DNA of 64,000 bases from Hypanus sabinus (taxonomy: Eukaryota), in the NCBI RefSeq assembly GCF_030144855.1, contig NC_082722.1, forward strand, positions 20,832,001 to 20,896,000, in the 5' to 3' direction. The notes beneath the pieces are model-generated. The model worked only from the letters and a program-made list of their open reading frames with translations. It was not told the origin of the DNA and did not search any database. The position numbers were made by a program, and so were the translations under genes. This document shows positions 38,211 to 51,420 of this stretch, piece by piece. Position 1 is the first letter of the stretch. Each line of letters opens with the position of its first letter.

Positions 38211-40149
38211 CTTCAGTTATGTCAGCAGTCATCGTTTTATTTTGTTTTTCGCTTAAAGTGGTAACTAGAGAATTCAAGAAGTTGTCAATTTGGGTTATGC
38301 TTCCCCCTGGAACTTTGGAATATCGAGTTTTGTAAAACACTTCAAAAGCTTCTTGAATTTCACTTAGCTTATTTTTTTTTTATATTTTCGTTCTTGTGTC
38401 CCTAATTCTATGAATTGTATTTTCTTGTTTTTTTTTCAGTTTCCACGCCAGTATTTTCATAGATTTTGATCCACTTTCATAATGTCTCTGTTTCAGAAAC
38501 GATATTTTTTCCTGGCTTCTTGAGTAGCCAAACTATTAATTTCTAATTGTTTTAATTCCCCCTAATGTATACTAGGCCAAATTCAATTTGTGTCTTTTTT
38601 TCTCTAGTTCCTTCAGCCTATTTCGTAATTCCTCTACTGCTTTATTCCTTATTGTTTATGTTATATGAAGATACCACCATGAATTTCCCTCTTAAGACAG
38701 CCTTCAGAGTATCCCATAAAATAGGAGGTAAAAGTTCTCTATTATCTTTAAATTCGAAGTACAGGCCATTTTTTTTTTTCAATTTGTTCCTTAAAGTACG
38801 GGTCATTGAGCAGACTTGGATTTAGTTTCCGAATAGTATTCTTTGGTTGTAGTTCAAAATCAACAGACAAATATATAGGTGCAGGGTCACTTATATCTAT
38901 TGTCCCAATTCCACAGGTGTTTATTTTGTCTTTGTCCTTTCCAAATATTATGAAATAGTCAATTCTTGTATATACAGAATGGGGACCAGAATATTGAGTT
39001 TAATCCCTTCTGTTGGGGAAAATATCTCTCGATATATCAATTAAACCTCCATCTTCAAAAATGTATTAACTTTCCTATGTAAATACATTGATTTATAGGT
39101 TTTTCTATTGGAAGAGTCTAAGATTGGTTATAATTGTAAATTTGAGGCTCCCTCATATATCAGGAGACCTTCTGTTTCTGTTACCAGAATATCAGTACTT
39201 TTCTGAAAGAAACCAATATCACTTCACCGGGGTGCGTACATATTCAATAGAGTAACTGAATTTCCGTCTATATTCCCCCTTACCATAATATATCTGCCCT
39301 CTTTACCTCCCATTTCGGATATTTTTTTTCAACATTTAGCTTACATGAGATAGGAATAGCAACGCCTCTCCTATGTCCTGATTTATATGAGGAGGAAAAC
39401 AAATTAGTGAAGCCCATTCTCTATAGTATTTCGTGCTCATTATCACTTAAATTAGTGTCCTGTAAATATACTACATGAGCTTGTTCTTTTTTTTTTAATT
39501 TTGTATAAAATCCTATTACGTTTGATTGTTTTTGTAGCCCATTGACATTGAAAGAAATTAATTTTACTTTGTCCTAAACCATCTGTATTTATCTGTCAAT
39601 ATGTCATTGAAATCAGTGAAATGAAACTTAATCGATCTAATTCCTGAGCAAATAAGAACCAAGAAACGCAAATAATAACAAAAAAGGTGTGATTCCAAGG
39701 CTGAGATCTCTCGCAGCTGACCGTGGAATGAGATAGAGGAAATGTCTAGCTCTTTGGGATAACCCCTCCTACTTGTGAGTTGATGGCCCCCATTGCAGTT
39801 TTCATAAAAGTCAGTGAACAAATCCATTACATAGAAAAGTTTTCCTTGTGTACTCCTCCTATATACATATATATACACACACACACTCACATATATATTC
39901 TCATTTTTGTGGGGAGAAAAGAGTATGTGAGCGAATAAAGAAGAATAACTGAGTAATCTAAATTGCACATCATAATAAGTATTTCTCGGGATATGTATAT
40001 CACCATCTACTTTTGCTTCGGATCAGTTTCTATCCATTCTCTCCAAAATAGTTTTTCAATTATTTGTCAGAAATTTTCTGTTCTACTTGTTTCTCTTCTG
40101 TACACTTGTGAACTCTGTTAAGTTCAGGAATACTGTAAGGATCCATGGT

Positions 40150-41645
40150 GATATTTCCGGTTGACAATTCAAATTCTCCCTCATATGAGCGTATTGCTCA
40201 TGTGGTTCCATTGTTTAAAAAGGGTTCCAGAACTAAGCCTAGCAATCATAGGCCTGTCAGTTTGAAATCAGTGGTGGGTAAATTAATGGAAAGTATTCTT
40301 AGAGATAGTATTTATAATTATCTGGATAGACAGGATCTGATGAGGAGCAGCCAGCATGTATTTGTGCGTGGAAGGTCATGTTTGACAAACCTTATTGAAC
40401 TTTTTTGAAGACGTTACGAGGAATGTTGACGAGGGTAAGGCAGTGGATGCAGTCTATATGGACTTCAGCAAGGTCTTTGACAAGGTTCCACATGGAAGGT
40501 TAGTTAAGAAGGTTCAGTCGTTAGGTAATAATGCTGGAGTAATAAAATGGTTTCAACAGTGGCTAGATGGGAGTGTCCAGAGAGTAGTGGTGGATAATTG
40601 TTTATCGGGATGGAGGCCAGTGACTATCGGGGTGCCTCAGGGATCTGTTTTGGGCCCAATGTTGTTTGTCATATACATAAATGATCTGGATGATGGAGTG
40701 GTAAATTGGATTAGTAAGTATGCCGATGATACTAAGGTAGGAGGTGTTGTGGATAATAAGGTGGGTTTTCAAAGCTTGCAGTCAGATTTATGCCGGTTAG
40801 AAGAATGGACTGAACGTTGGCAGATGGAGTTTAATGCTGAGAAGTGTGAGGTTCTACATTTTGGCAGGAATAATCCAAATAGAACATACAGGGTAAATGG
40901 TAGGACATTGAGGATTGCAGTGGAACAGAGAGATCTAGGAATAACAGTGCATAGTTCCCTGAAGGTGGAGTCTCATTTAGATAGGGTGGTGAAGAAGGCT
41001 TTTGGAATACTGGCCTTTATAAATCAGAGCATTGAGTACAGAAGTTGGGATGTAATGTTAAAATTGTACAAGGCATTGGTAAGGCCAAATTTGGACTAGA
41101 TTGTGTACAGTTCTGGTCACCGAATGATAGGAAAGATATCAATAAATTAGAGAGAGTGCAGAGACGATTTAGTAGGATGTTACCTGGGTTTCAGCACTTA
41201 AGTTACAGAGAAAGGTTGAACAAGTTAGGTCTCTATTCATTGGAGCGCAGAAGGTTGAGGGGGGATTTGATCGAGGTATTTAAAATTTTGAGAGATATAG
41301 ATAGAGTTGACGTGAATAGGCTGTTTCCATTGAGAGTAGGGGAGATTCAAACGAGAGGACATGATTTGAGAGTTAGAGGGCAGGTTTAAGGGAAACACGA
41401 GGGGGTATTTCTTTACTCAGAGAGTGATAGCTGTGTGGAATGAGTTTCCTGTAGAAGTAGTAGAGGCCAGTTCAGTTGTGTCATTTAAGGTAAAATTGGA
41501 TAGGTATATGGACAGGAAATGAGTGGAGGGTTACGGGCTGAGTGCGGTAGGTGGGACTAGGTGAGATTAAGTGTTCGGCACGGACTAGGAGGGCTGAGAT
41601 GGCCTGATGTCGTGCTGTGATTGTTATATGGTTATATATGGTTAT
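40150..41645 (+). mobile_element. CR1 LINE RT region
   Basis: DFSKVFDKVPH, GVPQGSVLGP, YADD, LVRPNL; few disruptions; ATATGGTT tail. Confidence 0.92.
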
Positions 41646-44600
41646 CTCCAAAGAAGCAATGTTTCTGAATAAAAAATACGGCCATTTGATACAGCATGTA
41701 TTATATTCAAGCCTCCGTATCAAAGAGCTGACAATCATTTTTCTTCAGCAGTGATCGGAAAATTATTTGCGAAAAGACGAAGAATTTGGAACGTTAGCTC
41801 CATGGAAATGGTCAAAAATTGAAGGAAGATAGAAAATATGTAACCATACTTGTGACTTTTTGTATTGGAACAGCGATTGATTTTATTTGTGAACTAAAGT
41901 ATTTTGATTATTAACCCTGCTTTAAATGCTTGCATACAGACCGATATGCCAATAGAATATGAAGAATTTGCTGACCTTTGAAATTTTTGTTAAAAATCTG
42001 CAGTTGTGAAATAATAAGCACAACATTTGAATTCCTGCATACTTCAAGATAATTTGACATCTACAACTAATGCGGGTTGGTTGCACATAAAACATTAAGT
42101 AAATGGCAGTACGGTACTTTCCAAGAAGTACTCATCTGGCAATAAAATGGAGACAAGAGACTTCCGACGCTGGAACATGGAGCAACACAATAAGCGCTGG
42201 CGGAACTCAGCGTGCCAGCCAGCATCATCGGAGGGAAATAGACAGTCGACGGCTGGGGCTGAAGCTCTTTATCTGCATTTCATTGTAAAGCCAGGAGAGT
42301 AGATATTGAGGAACGTCGAAATTAAGCCTTCCAATCTTCATCCCTGGCCTTCTACATTTCGCTTTGGTAACTGGTGAAAGTTTGAAAATTTAAAAAAATA
42401 TGTTATTACTTAAATCATTCATATTTGCATACTTGAAACTTTATAAATTATTTAAACACTTTAAGAAGAAATATTTTATTTTCAATCTAGTTAAGACCAG
42501 AATTTGTCTGTCAAGTTAGTTCTCCGTTTTATATGTGCGGGTCATCTGTGCACCCCCCAAACCCCTGGATACCACCTATAATGGTAAACTATTGTAATAT
42601 ACATGGCCTCGTCGTATAGACCTTCCCAGATGTTTCCATGATCTCGAATACCGAGAGTTTCTACAGATAATATTGTTCTCATATCTTCCCAAGATTTCTA
42701 ACGGGTTCTGCCAGGTTACGAATCCCCACACAATCAACACAAAAAGAAGAACACGGAAGAAAAATAAATGTAGAAGGTTTTGGAAATACTTAATTAGCTT
42801 GCCAGCTTCTGTGAAGAGAAATGTAGGCTAGAGAGCTTTCTCCATGCAATAAACCCGAAAAAAAAACTTATTTTGATATTTTCTACAATTGCTTCCTGAG
42901 CTGGTGTGGAGTCCTCATTTGAAGCATTTAAGGCATTTGCTTATATCCACACGCAACTCACACACACCAAATACTACCCAGCTTATTTACTACCTTGTTT
43001 CTTTGCATTTGTCATTTATAAATATAATGAAACTTCATGATCTTATAACAAACACCAAATGCCAGCCAATTAGCCCAGTAGTAAAATCTGTGTATTTTTC
43101 CTGCATCTCATCTCTCGAGCCTTCACGCTCGAACCATTTCTACATTTAACTCAAAAAATATCTTCAATTTTCATTTTGTTAATCGACTCTGCTGTGAAAC
43201 ATTTCTGATACGCATTGACAATGCGGTATTGAATAAATGTACCGTGATAAAATGCCAGTGTCCACGATATCAATTTAGCCTTTGTTTTAACTGAGATTGC
43301 GAAAATTTCTTACATATTTAAATTGAAATATTTGAAAAACTTTCATCCACGTTACAGATCTGTATTATTGTTACTACACACATGACAACACGGTAAAACA
43401 CAGTTAATTCGCCATTCAGCATTCTGAGAATTTAAACGTACAGAAAATATAATGCATATATAAACAATATTTGTCTAGAATTTATTTTGGATTTGCGCTT
43501 ACATTCATACAAGGAAATTTGTCCTCAGTATCTTATATTAAACGTAAGTGATATCGCCTACATTATGAGGGGCGACTGCTTTAGCTGAAAATAATCGACA
43601 ATCTTTCCAACTGGACATTCCCATGATGCATTTGTTCGGTGGATTAAAGGAGAATTTCTCTCCTGGCATCGAATATTTAAGTTCTGAAGAACGGTCTCGG
43701 TCTGAAATCTCGACTGGTTATTCAATTCTATAGATGCTGCTTAAAGTGCTGAGCTGCTTCAACATTTGTTATACTGTAGCTCTGGATTTTCCACATCAGC
43801 AGAAAATCTTGTGTTTATAAATTTTATCCTGCCTAGTATTACAAATTATAATTATTCGATGTACTTAGAAAAATATTCGAATAATTAAAATAGGTTTAAC
43901 TGATATAAATGTGATTGATATACGTTTGTTGCTTCTGAATATCGTGAGTGCAGAAACACATACTTTTCAGAAATAGGTTTACATGTAAATAATTAAATTA
44001 ACAGTTTTACTTTTCACTTAAGCGTTGAACGCGATAACGTGGTCACCTGCAACTTACTCGCCTGAGGCGGTGAGGCTTCTGACCGCATAGAGTTTCCATG
44101 ATGACACCAGCTTAATGTGAGTGCAGTTACATTGCTGTGTGTGCTGTCTCGTTTAGCAAAAACTGGATGCATCTTGCCATTGCAAAGGTAGAAAAGTTTG
44201 TACTTGAGAATTAAAATCGCTTTTCCCGTGCAAAATATGTGCTTCTTTCGACAAATGATTTAATTTCCATCAAGTCGAAACAAAGCTAAACACAACTACA
44301 CACACACACACATATTATTGCACAATAAGTTCTATACATGCGGCATGAACATTTACTTAGATATAGTTTTAAAATCGTTACCATACCTTGATGGAGCACA
44401 GCAAAAAGAATAATTTTAAACACGTTCTGATTCTGAGCCATTCAGATAATATGACTCCTGCTTGAGCCATTAAACACACAAAAAAGTTAGGTTACCAAAA
44501 GGAGTACAATAGAGAAGAGAAATACTAAATTCCAGAGTTAAGGTTCAGCTTTGTTCGCCGCGGAAAATAAAGGATTATTGGGGGTTGCGAGACAGGGTAC

Positions 44601-45289
44601 ACAACAAATCAGCAAATCAGCAGATTTTAAACAGATAAATATACTTTTTAGCTATGGGGTGGACTTCTGAAAGGAGATAGAGTCCGGAGGAACAAAAGCA
44701 CAGTGAGATTTGAAAGGATGAATGACAATCATAAATTCCGTGTTTTGTTTCATTAAGTGACAGTGTGGATCGGTGAGCGCGTGGATCTCAGATAAACGGG
44801 TCGCGAACACAAATCATAACCAGTCACGCGGTGATGTAGACCATGCTAAGAATTAGTCATCCACATTGGCACGCATACATAGTTCCCCAGTAATATCCTC
44901 TCGCTCAGGAGTGCACAAAGAAGCACAAAGGCAGACATTTCCTGTGCATCTACTCGGACTGCAATACTCTGTTTGAAACTGTTCAATCCGATAGCTTTCC
45001 CAGCACAATAGCCAGGAAAGTTGACCAATCATCGCACATTCGCAGTGACAGTGACCCGCAAATATTCTGAATTATTATGACACTTTACTTGCCAGGACAC
45101 AGCACTTCCCTACATCTACATTTCTGTAACAGTACCCTCTTCATACTAATGCACCCATTCTTGACTGCACAGTTTTTCACTCATCTTGCATTAAAATTAT
45201 CTGGTGTGTTAGGGGTCACGTCCGCCAGACCTATCATCCAGGCCTCAGGATCTACCTTTATTCAGGTGCCCCTGTGCTTCAAGTTTACA

Positions 45290-46330
45290 ATTGCCAAGCA
45301 AATGCAAGGTGTTATTACCTTAGAAGGAGTACATTCTGATTGGAGGGTTTTAACTAGTGGTGTCCCACAAGGATCGGTTCTCGGACCTCTAATTTTCGAG
45401 ATTTTTACTAACGACCAGGAATTTGGGGTGAAGGCTGGGTTGGCAACTTTGCAGACGACACAAAGGTCGGTGGTTTTATGGATAGTGTAGAGGATTGTCT
45501 GAGAATGCAGAGAGAAATTGATATAATGCACAAGTGAGGTGAAAAGTGGCAGATGGAGTTCAACCCAGAAAAGTGTGAGGTGGTACACTTTGGAAGGACA
45601 CACGACAAGGCAGAGTACAAAGTAAATGGCATGTTTCTTGGAAGTGTGGAAGAGCAAAGGTATCTGGGGGTACACGTTGCCTCACAGGTAGATTGGGTAG
45701 TTAAGAAACCTTATGGAGTGTTCGCTATCATAAATCGAGGGATAGAGTCTAAGAGTCGCGGGGTAGTGATACAGCTCTATGCAACTCTGTTTCGGCCATA
45801 CTGTTTAGACCAGTACTGTGTCCAGTTCTGGTCGCCTCACTATAGGAAGGATCTGGAAGCATTGGAAAGGGTACGGAGGAGATTGACATGGATGGTGCCT
45901 AGTTTAGAGAGTATGAATTACGATCAGAGATTAAGGGAGTTAGGGTTTTACTCTCTGGAGAGAAGGAGGATGAGAGGAGATATTATAGTGTTATACAATA
46001 TATTAAGAAGTATTGATAGAGTGGTCAGCCAGCGCCTCTTCCACACGGCACGACTGCTCAACACAAGAGGACATGGCTTTTTATATCAAGGGTGGAAAGT
46101 TCAAGGGGGATATTAGAGGAAGATTTTTACCCAGAGAGTGGTTGCTGCGTGGAATGCACTGCCTGAGTCAATGGAGGCGGCAGATACACTGGTGAAATGT
46201 AAGAGAGCACTAGACAGGTATAGGAGGAAATTAAGATGGAGGGTTATATTGGAGGCAGGATTTAAGGGCCGGCACAGCTTTGTGGGCCGAAAAGGCCTGT
46301 ACTCTGCTGTATTGTTCTATGTTCTATGTT
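45290..46330 (+). mobile_element. CR1 LINE RT C-terminal fragment
   Basis: GVPQGSVLGP, PEKCEVVHFGR; TTCTATG tail. Confidence 0.9.
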
Positions 46331-46829
46331 ATTATTTCGTGCTTGTAAAGCCTGAAGTGCGAGCATAGCCAAGCAAGTTAATTTCTCAACTGCTTGCAAA
46401 ATTCAGACTGGTGTTTAGCAGTGTGGCTTTCAATAAATACTACTGTGTAGACCTGATTGTTTAATGCTTTTATGTAATGACTTTATGATGATATCAGTTG
46501 AAAATATCAGGACTGGGACAGGTATACCCTGTTCATGTTCCATAGTCTGTCAATTTTCTCTTTTAATTTCATTTGATTTTCAATCATTAATTTCTGTATA
46601 TTGTATGTGCTTGGTCTGGCTATATCTATTAAGTAAGTAGTTTTTGCTTGTTTATCATGTAATATTTATCTGCCAACGGTTATTATTAATTGTCCCGTTT
46701 GTAATAATGGATTAGGGGTAATATAGCTTGTTAGACTCTGACTCCCAAACTGAACCAGACACGCATTTATCATGAGGTATGGTTCCATTTCTGAGTTGGA
46801 AACTTAAAACAAGATTTTGGTAAAAAAAA

Positions 46830-46960
46830 ACAGGAGGAAATCTGCAGATGCTGGAAATTCAAGCAACACACACAAATGCTGGTGGAACACAGCAGGCCAG
46901 GCAGTATCTGTAGGAGAAGCGCTGTCGACGTTTCGGGCAGAGACCCTTCGTCAGGACAGC
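46830..46960 (-). mobile_element. Penelope-like terminal fragment
   Basis: Same terminal repeat as other Penelope copies in the window. Confidence 0.7.
46921..46960 (-). ncRNA. Minimal type I hammerhead ribozyme motif
   Basis: GCTGTC CTGACGA A GGG TCTCTG CCC GAAAC GTC GACAGC: stem I 6 bp, CUGANGA and GAAA cores, GUC cleavage triplet, palindromic short stem III. Confidence 0.75.
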
Positions 46961-48679
46961 AAGTTTGTGTAAGTAGTCGGATTGACTTCAATTGCTGCAA
47001 GTTCCTGTTATATGTTTGATTGCTTCTGGTTTTTCTTGGCATTTTCTGCATGAATCGTCTTACATATGTTCGTTTTCTTATTCTGTATTTTTGATATTTT
47101 TTCTGTTGACCATCTGGTCCACTATGCCTCGTAGAACCACACTGTTCTGAGAAGAGGTCTCCATCTCTGAGCAAGGCGTTCAAGGCTTCCTTGATGACAT
47201 CTAATCTGTCTAGATCGTGAGGATGTCTTCAAGGAAGGTCATATTCTTCCACTGGTAATTTTTCTTCCTCTAGAATGACATTTTCTTCATTTTTCTGCTC
47301 TATATTTTAATACAAGTTTAGTAGTGTGTTGTTCTTATCAGAATTGCAGGTGTTCGCCTGAAATGATGAATCCTGCTTTCATTCATGAAAGTACATCCTT
47401 AGAAGTTTTATCTGACCGTTGTGCAGAATTTATTTATGCATTTTATTGCTCTTTCCCATTCTGTCCTACATAGTGTTAACCTAAGAGAGTTCGAATGTAC
47501 ATAGTGTTTTCAAAAAGTTATAAATTTAATTCTTACTTTTCCTTGTAAATTTTCCAGATGGGCTTCGACCCAAGATATTATGCCAGAGGAATATGTTAAT
47601 GGGTATTATTATTCATATTATTAGTATTATATAAGTAGCATAGTTGCCAACTTACGCAAGTTGCCAGAAGTCTGGCGCCGAGTGTTCAGAGATGGTGCCT
47701 TTCAACAATTAACGTTACCATTGCTGAGCTCCTCAACCTTTCGAATGCCTGTTCAATTTTATTCCCCGTTAGCATCCGATCTTTGTGGAATACTCATTGC
47801 AATCGTTGTTTGAACTTCGCAGGAAAGCTTACATGAGCTGACTGTTGTTGGTACTGGTTTTTCTAACCTGGTATCAGGTAATTTTGCACACCAATCTACT
47901 TTAAGTTAAGCACTCCGTTTCAAATAGTCCATTTGCATGATGATAGTTTGTCTGGATATTTTCACGTTCCAATTGCATTTTTAACCTAATTCCCGTTCTT
48001 GAAGTGTTCCTCCTGATTTGATCTGAGAAACAACACATTTGGCAGCCGCAATATTAAGCTAAAATTCACAGCGGTAAAATGGTACTCAACAAAAGGAGAA
48101 TTAAAATCTTACAAAGAATATTTAAAATTAAAGGTAACTGTGCAATGGTTATTAACAATGACAGGGTAGTCCACATTAACAATGACTGATACTTTTGCAT
48201 TAACAATTAGACAGAGATGTGAAATACCTGAAGTTTAATTTAAGGTCCAAAATCCTGAAAATATATTTTCATACGACATCAACAATTTATAGAAGACTCA
48301 GCTAGTTAGATAATGTGAAAATAAAAACAACGTGTAGTGTAAAAACATCAGACAGATTGTTCCGAGATTGTTAATTTACCTGTTCATACTTTCCTTTGTA
48401 TTGCTTGTTACGAAGCGTGAATTACACAGCAATTTTTTTTCAATGCTTTTTTTTAACCCTTCCGCAATATGTAGGATTGATCTGTAAGTATTAGCCAATT
48501 CGTTGGTGTAAAGTATATTACTTATTTTCTCAGCCTATTTTCTTAGTAAATATATTTTGACCATTATAAATGTAGGAGAAGGATATACTGAGCAGGCAGA
48601 ATTGTTTAATTTTGTACTGCATTTAATTTATTTGCTGAATGATTCAGCACAGAACTGAGCCTTCCTGTCCAATGAACAG

Positions 48680-48920
48680 CCCAACCAGCAACCTACTTAC
48701 TTAAATCCAGTCTTATCACAGGAGAATTTACAATGACGGATTACCCTACTAATCGGTTCGATTTCAGACCGTCGGATGAAACCGCAGCACCCGGAGGAAG
48801 TTCTCGCCGTTCACGGTGAGAAAGTCCAAATCCCTTAAAAATGGCGCCAGAATTAAACACTAAACTCTGGAACGCCTTGGCGTGGCAGTGTGGCGTTAAC
48901 CGTTATGCTACCGTGGCGAC
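48680..48920 (-). mobile_element. tRNA-derived V-SINE-like element
   Basis: gaaaccgcagcacccggaggaag...ttatgctaccgtggcg is the reverse complement of a V-SINE head and core. Confidence 0.6.
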
Positions 48921-50586
48921 AATAATTTCGAAATCATACTAATTTATCTGAAAATAAGTCGCCTTTTTTACATAATTTCCTTTCAGCTATATTTGCACAG
49001 GATATCTTACAATATGGTGGGGGGGGGGGGGGGGTATTCACTGGATGTTCTCTCTGCTGGAGTCTATGACATTTTAAGAGAATGTTTTACAGGGATTGAA
49101 CATAAATTCCATGCGGTATAAGCCAGTCTGCCTCTCAAATTGAACTAAACTGTGTTTTACCTTTATTCAAATTACCAACGGTGTGTACCTTACTGTAGCC
49201 TTCAGCTCCAGAAATACTGTTAATTCTTGGCGACAATCGTTCAACAATTATTTCGTAGCCCCTTTTTTTTCAGTGACTTCCCGAAAATTTTAAATTACCA
49301 AAATAGCCTGTTGCATGGAAGCTCACTGCTGACGCCTTAAAAGGTGTTGATCTGTATATATTTGCAATATCGTGAGCTATTTTGTTCTTATAGAAGGAAA
49401 CATGTCCTGGTCCTGAAGAATGTCCACAGGAACTTTACGAACATGACACCAGACATCAAATGATTAACAGCGAGGTTGTAGGATGTCTCTGTGCCTGTAG
49501 TGCATGGAGTTCAGCAAATCAAAAACGCATACGAGATTGGCGCTCAATTAGGTAATTTGTTCCATTGAGCCTGCTCTGCCGTTCAATCAAGAAACATCCA
49601 ATTTTCCTCTGAGTTTCTATCTCCTGCCTTCTCCCCGTATCCTTTCATGACCTGACCAATTAAGAATCTATCCACCTCTACTTCAAATGTACCTAAAGTA
49701 TTTGCCTTCACAGCTGTCTGTGGTCAATACTTCCTCGGATTCTGAAATGATTCTCACTCTCCTCAACGTACCCGATATAGCTATAGACATAATACCTACT
49801 CATGTATGTAGAAATCCCTTCAGTGATACTCTGCTGGAGGTAGGGCCATGGTACTGAGTCGGATAGTTATCATCAGAATCGAGTACAGAGCAAAAAGTAA
49901 GTAAATAGTTTGAGGTAGCATTTGTAACCAGTACTTCTGAAGCAGCTGAAAGCACAATGTAATTCAGACTGGAAAAGTAAACACACTTTAGATGAGAGGT
50001 GTTAAGCTTCACGAAAGATGAAGGTGAATATAATGCACAAAACACAATTTTAGAATAACGGGTGCTGCTACACACGTTCAAAAAGTTTCTTCAGGCGATG
50101 TTACTTTGGCTATCAAAATCGATTTTGCATTATGATAAAATGTTCATCGGAGGCTCATGGATTCACCCCTCCCCCTCCTTTAAGTGTAAGCATAATTCTT
50201 TGATAGGAGTTGAGAATCAAACCAATTTGGTGAGACGAAACGGTTTCTTTAGTTTCTAAAATTGTTGAATTAGGAGCAGAAATACTGCAGTAAGCGAAGC
50301 AAATAACATGGTAATTCTATAGAAACTTAGAACTTTGACCATAATGACCGAAGTTACTGCAAAGAGGGAAAACACTGAGACCCAGGTAAAAATGTCCACC
50401 TTTCAACATTCTAGGTATGAGTTGGCAGCTTTTTGATCGAAGTTTATTTCCTAATATTTTTGGAATTATTCAAACAGCCTGAATCTACAAACCACAGAAA
50501 GAGCAGGTCAATTTGACCATCGGTGCTAAATTAAAATGATCGTTTGCAACATTAGTATTGCATTGCTCTGTGCGCGAGAGATGGAC

Positions 50587-51420
50587 AGTAGGATGTCAAA
50601 CTGGGCTGAGGAGTGGTAGATGGTGTTCAACCACAATAAGAGTGAAGTGTTTCATTTTGGTAGGTCAGATATGATGGCAGCATATAGTTTTAATAGTAAG
50701 ACTGGTAAGACTCCTGGCAGTGTGGAAAATCACAGGGATCTTGGGGTCCGAGGCCATAGGATGCTCAAAGCAGCTGCACAGGTTGACTCTGTGGTTAAGA
50801 AGGTCTATGGTATATTGGCCTTCATCAATCGTGGAATTGAAGTTAAGAGCCGAGAGGTAATGTTGCAGCTAAATAGGAGCTTGGTCAGACCCCACTTGGA
50901 GTACTCTGCTCATTTCTAGTCGCCTCACTACAGGAATGACGTGGAAGCCATAGAAACTGTGTAGAGGAGATTTGCAAGAATCTTGCCTGGTTTGGGGAGG
51001 ATACCTTATGAGAATAGGCAGAGTGAACTCGGCTGTTTCTCCTTGGAGCGAAGGAGGATGTGAGGTGACCTGATAGATGTGTACAAAATGTTGGGAGGCA
51101 GTGATCGTGTGGATAGTCAGAGGCTTTTTCGCAGGGCTGAAATGGTTGCCACAAGAGGATACAGGTTCAACGTGCTGGGGATTTGGTACAGAGGACCTGT
51201 CAGCGGTAGGTTTGTTTAATCAGAGAGTGGTGTGTGCGTGGAATGTGCTGCCAGCAGCGGTGGTGGAGGCTAGGGTTTTTTTAGAAAGTTACATGGAGCT
51301 TAGTAAAATAGAGTGCTAAAGTTAAGCAGAAAAATTTCTAAGGTAGAGACATGCTCAGCAAAAGTTTGATGACCGAAGAGCCTGTATTGTGCTGTAGTTT
51401 TTTTCTAATTTTTCTATGTT
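50587..51420 (+). mobile_element. CR1 3' fragment specific to the right arm
   Basis: KSEVFHFGR, LVRPHLEY; TTCTATG-like tail. Confidence 0.85.

Larger units (their letters stand above)
33545..39400 (-). mobile_element. L1-clade LINE ORF2 remnant, interrupted at about 36080-38200 by CR1 copies
   Basis: APE remnant (LLNMYAP, TRIDYF), RT start (WKEAIISAIPK), C-terminal HIFCNCP, A-rich tail near 33545. Confidence 0.85.

Noticed and set aside
42422-42429. Octamer ATTTGCAT as an Ig-type promoter
   Set aside because: Isolated in AT-rich DNA with no downstream leader or V exon found
44699-44705. CACAGTG heptamer as a possible RSS
   Set aside because: No nonamer at 12 or 23 nt spacing and no adjacent V or J segment; the V exons already contain their J-like motif
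44750-45060. Possible decayed Ig domain (VTVWIGERVDLR on plus; GNYVC on minus)
   Set aside because: Motifs are on opposite strands, frames have many stops, and no Trp/Cys spacing can be built
46770-47183. 137-aa minus-strand ORF
   Set aside because: Chimeric frame crossing an old LINE-like remnant and a Penelope terminal fragment
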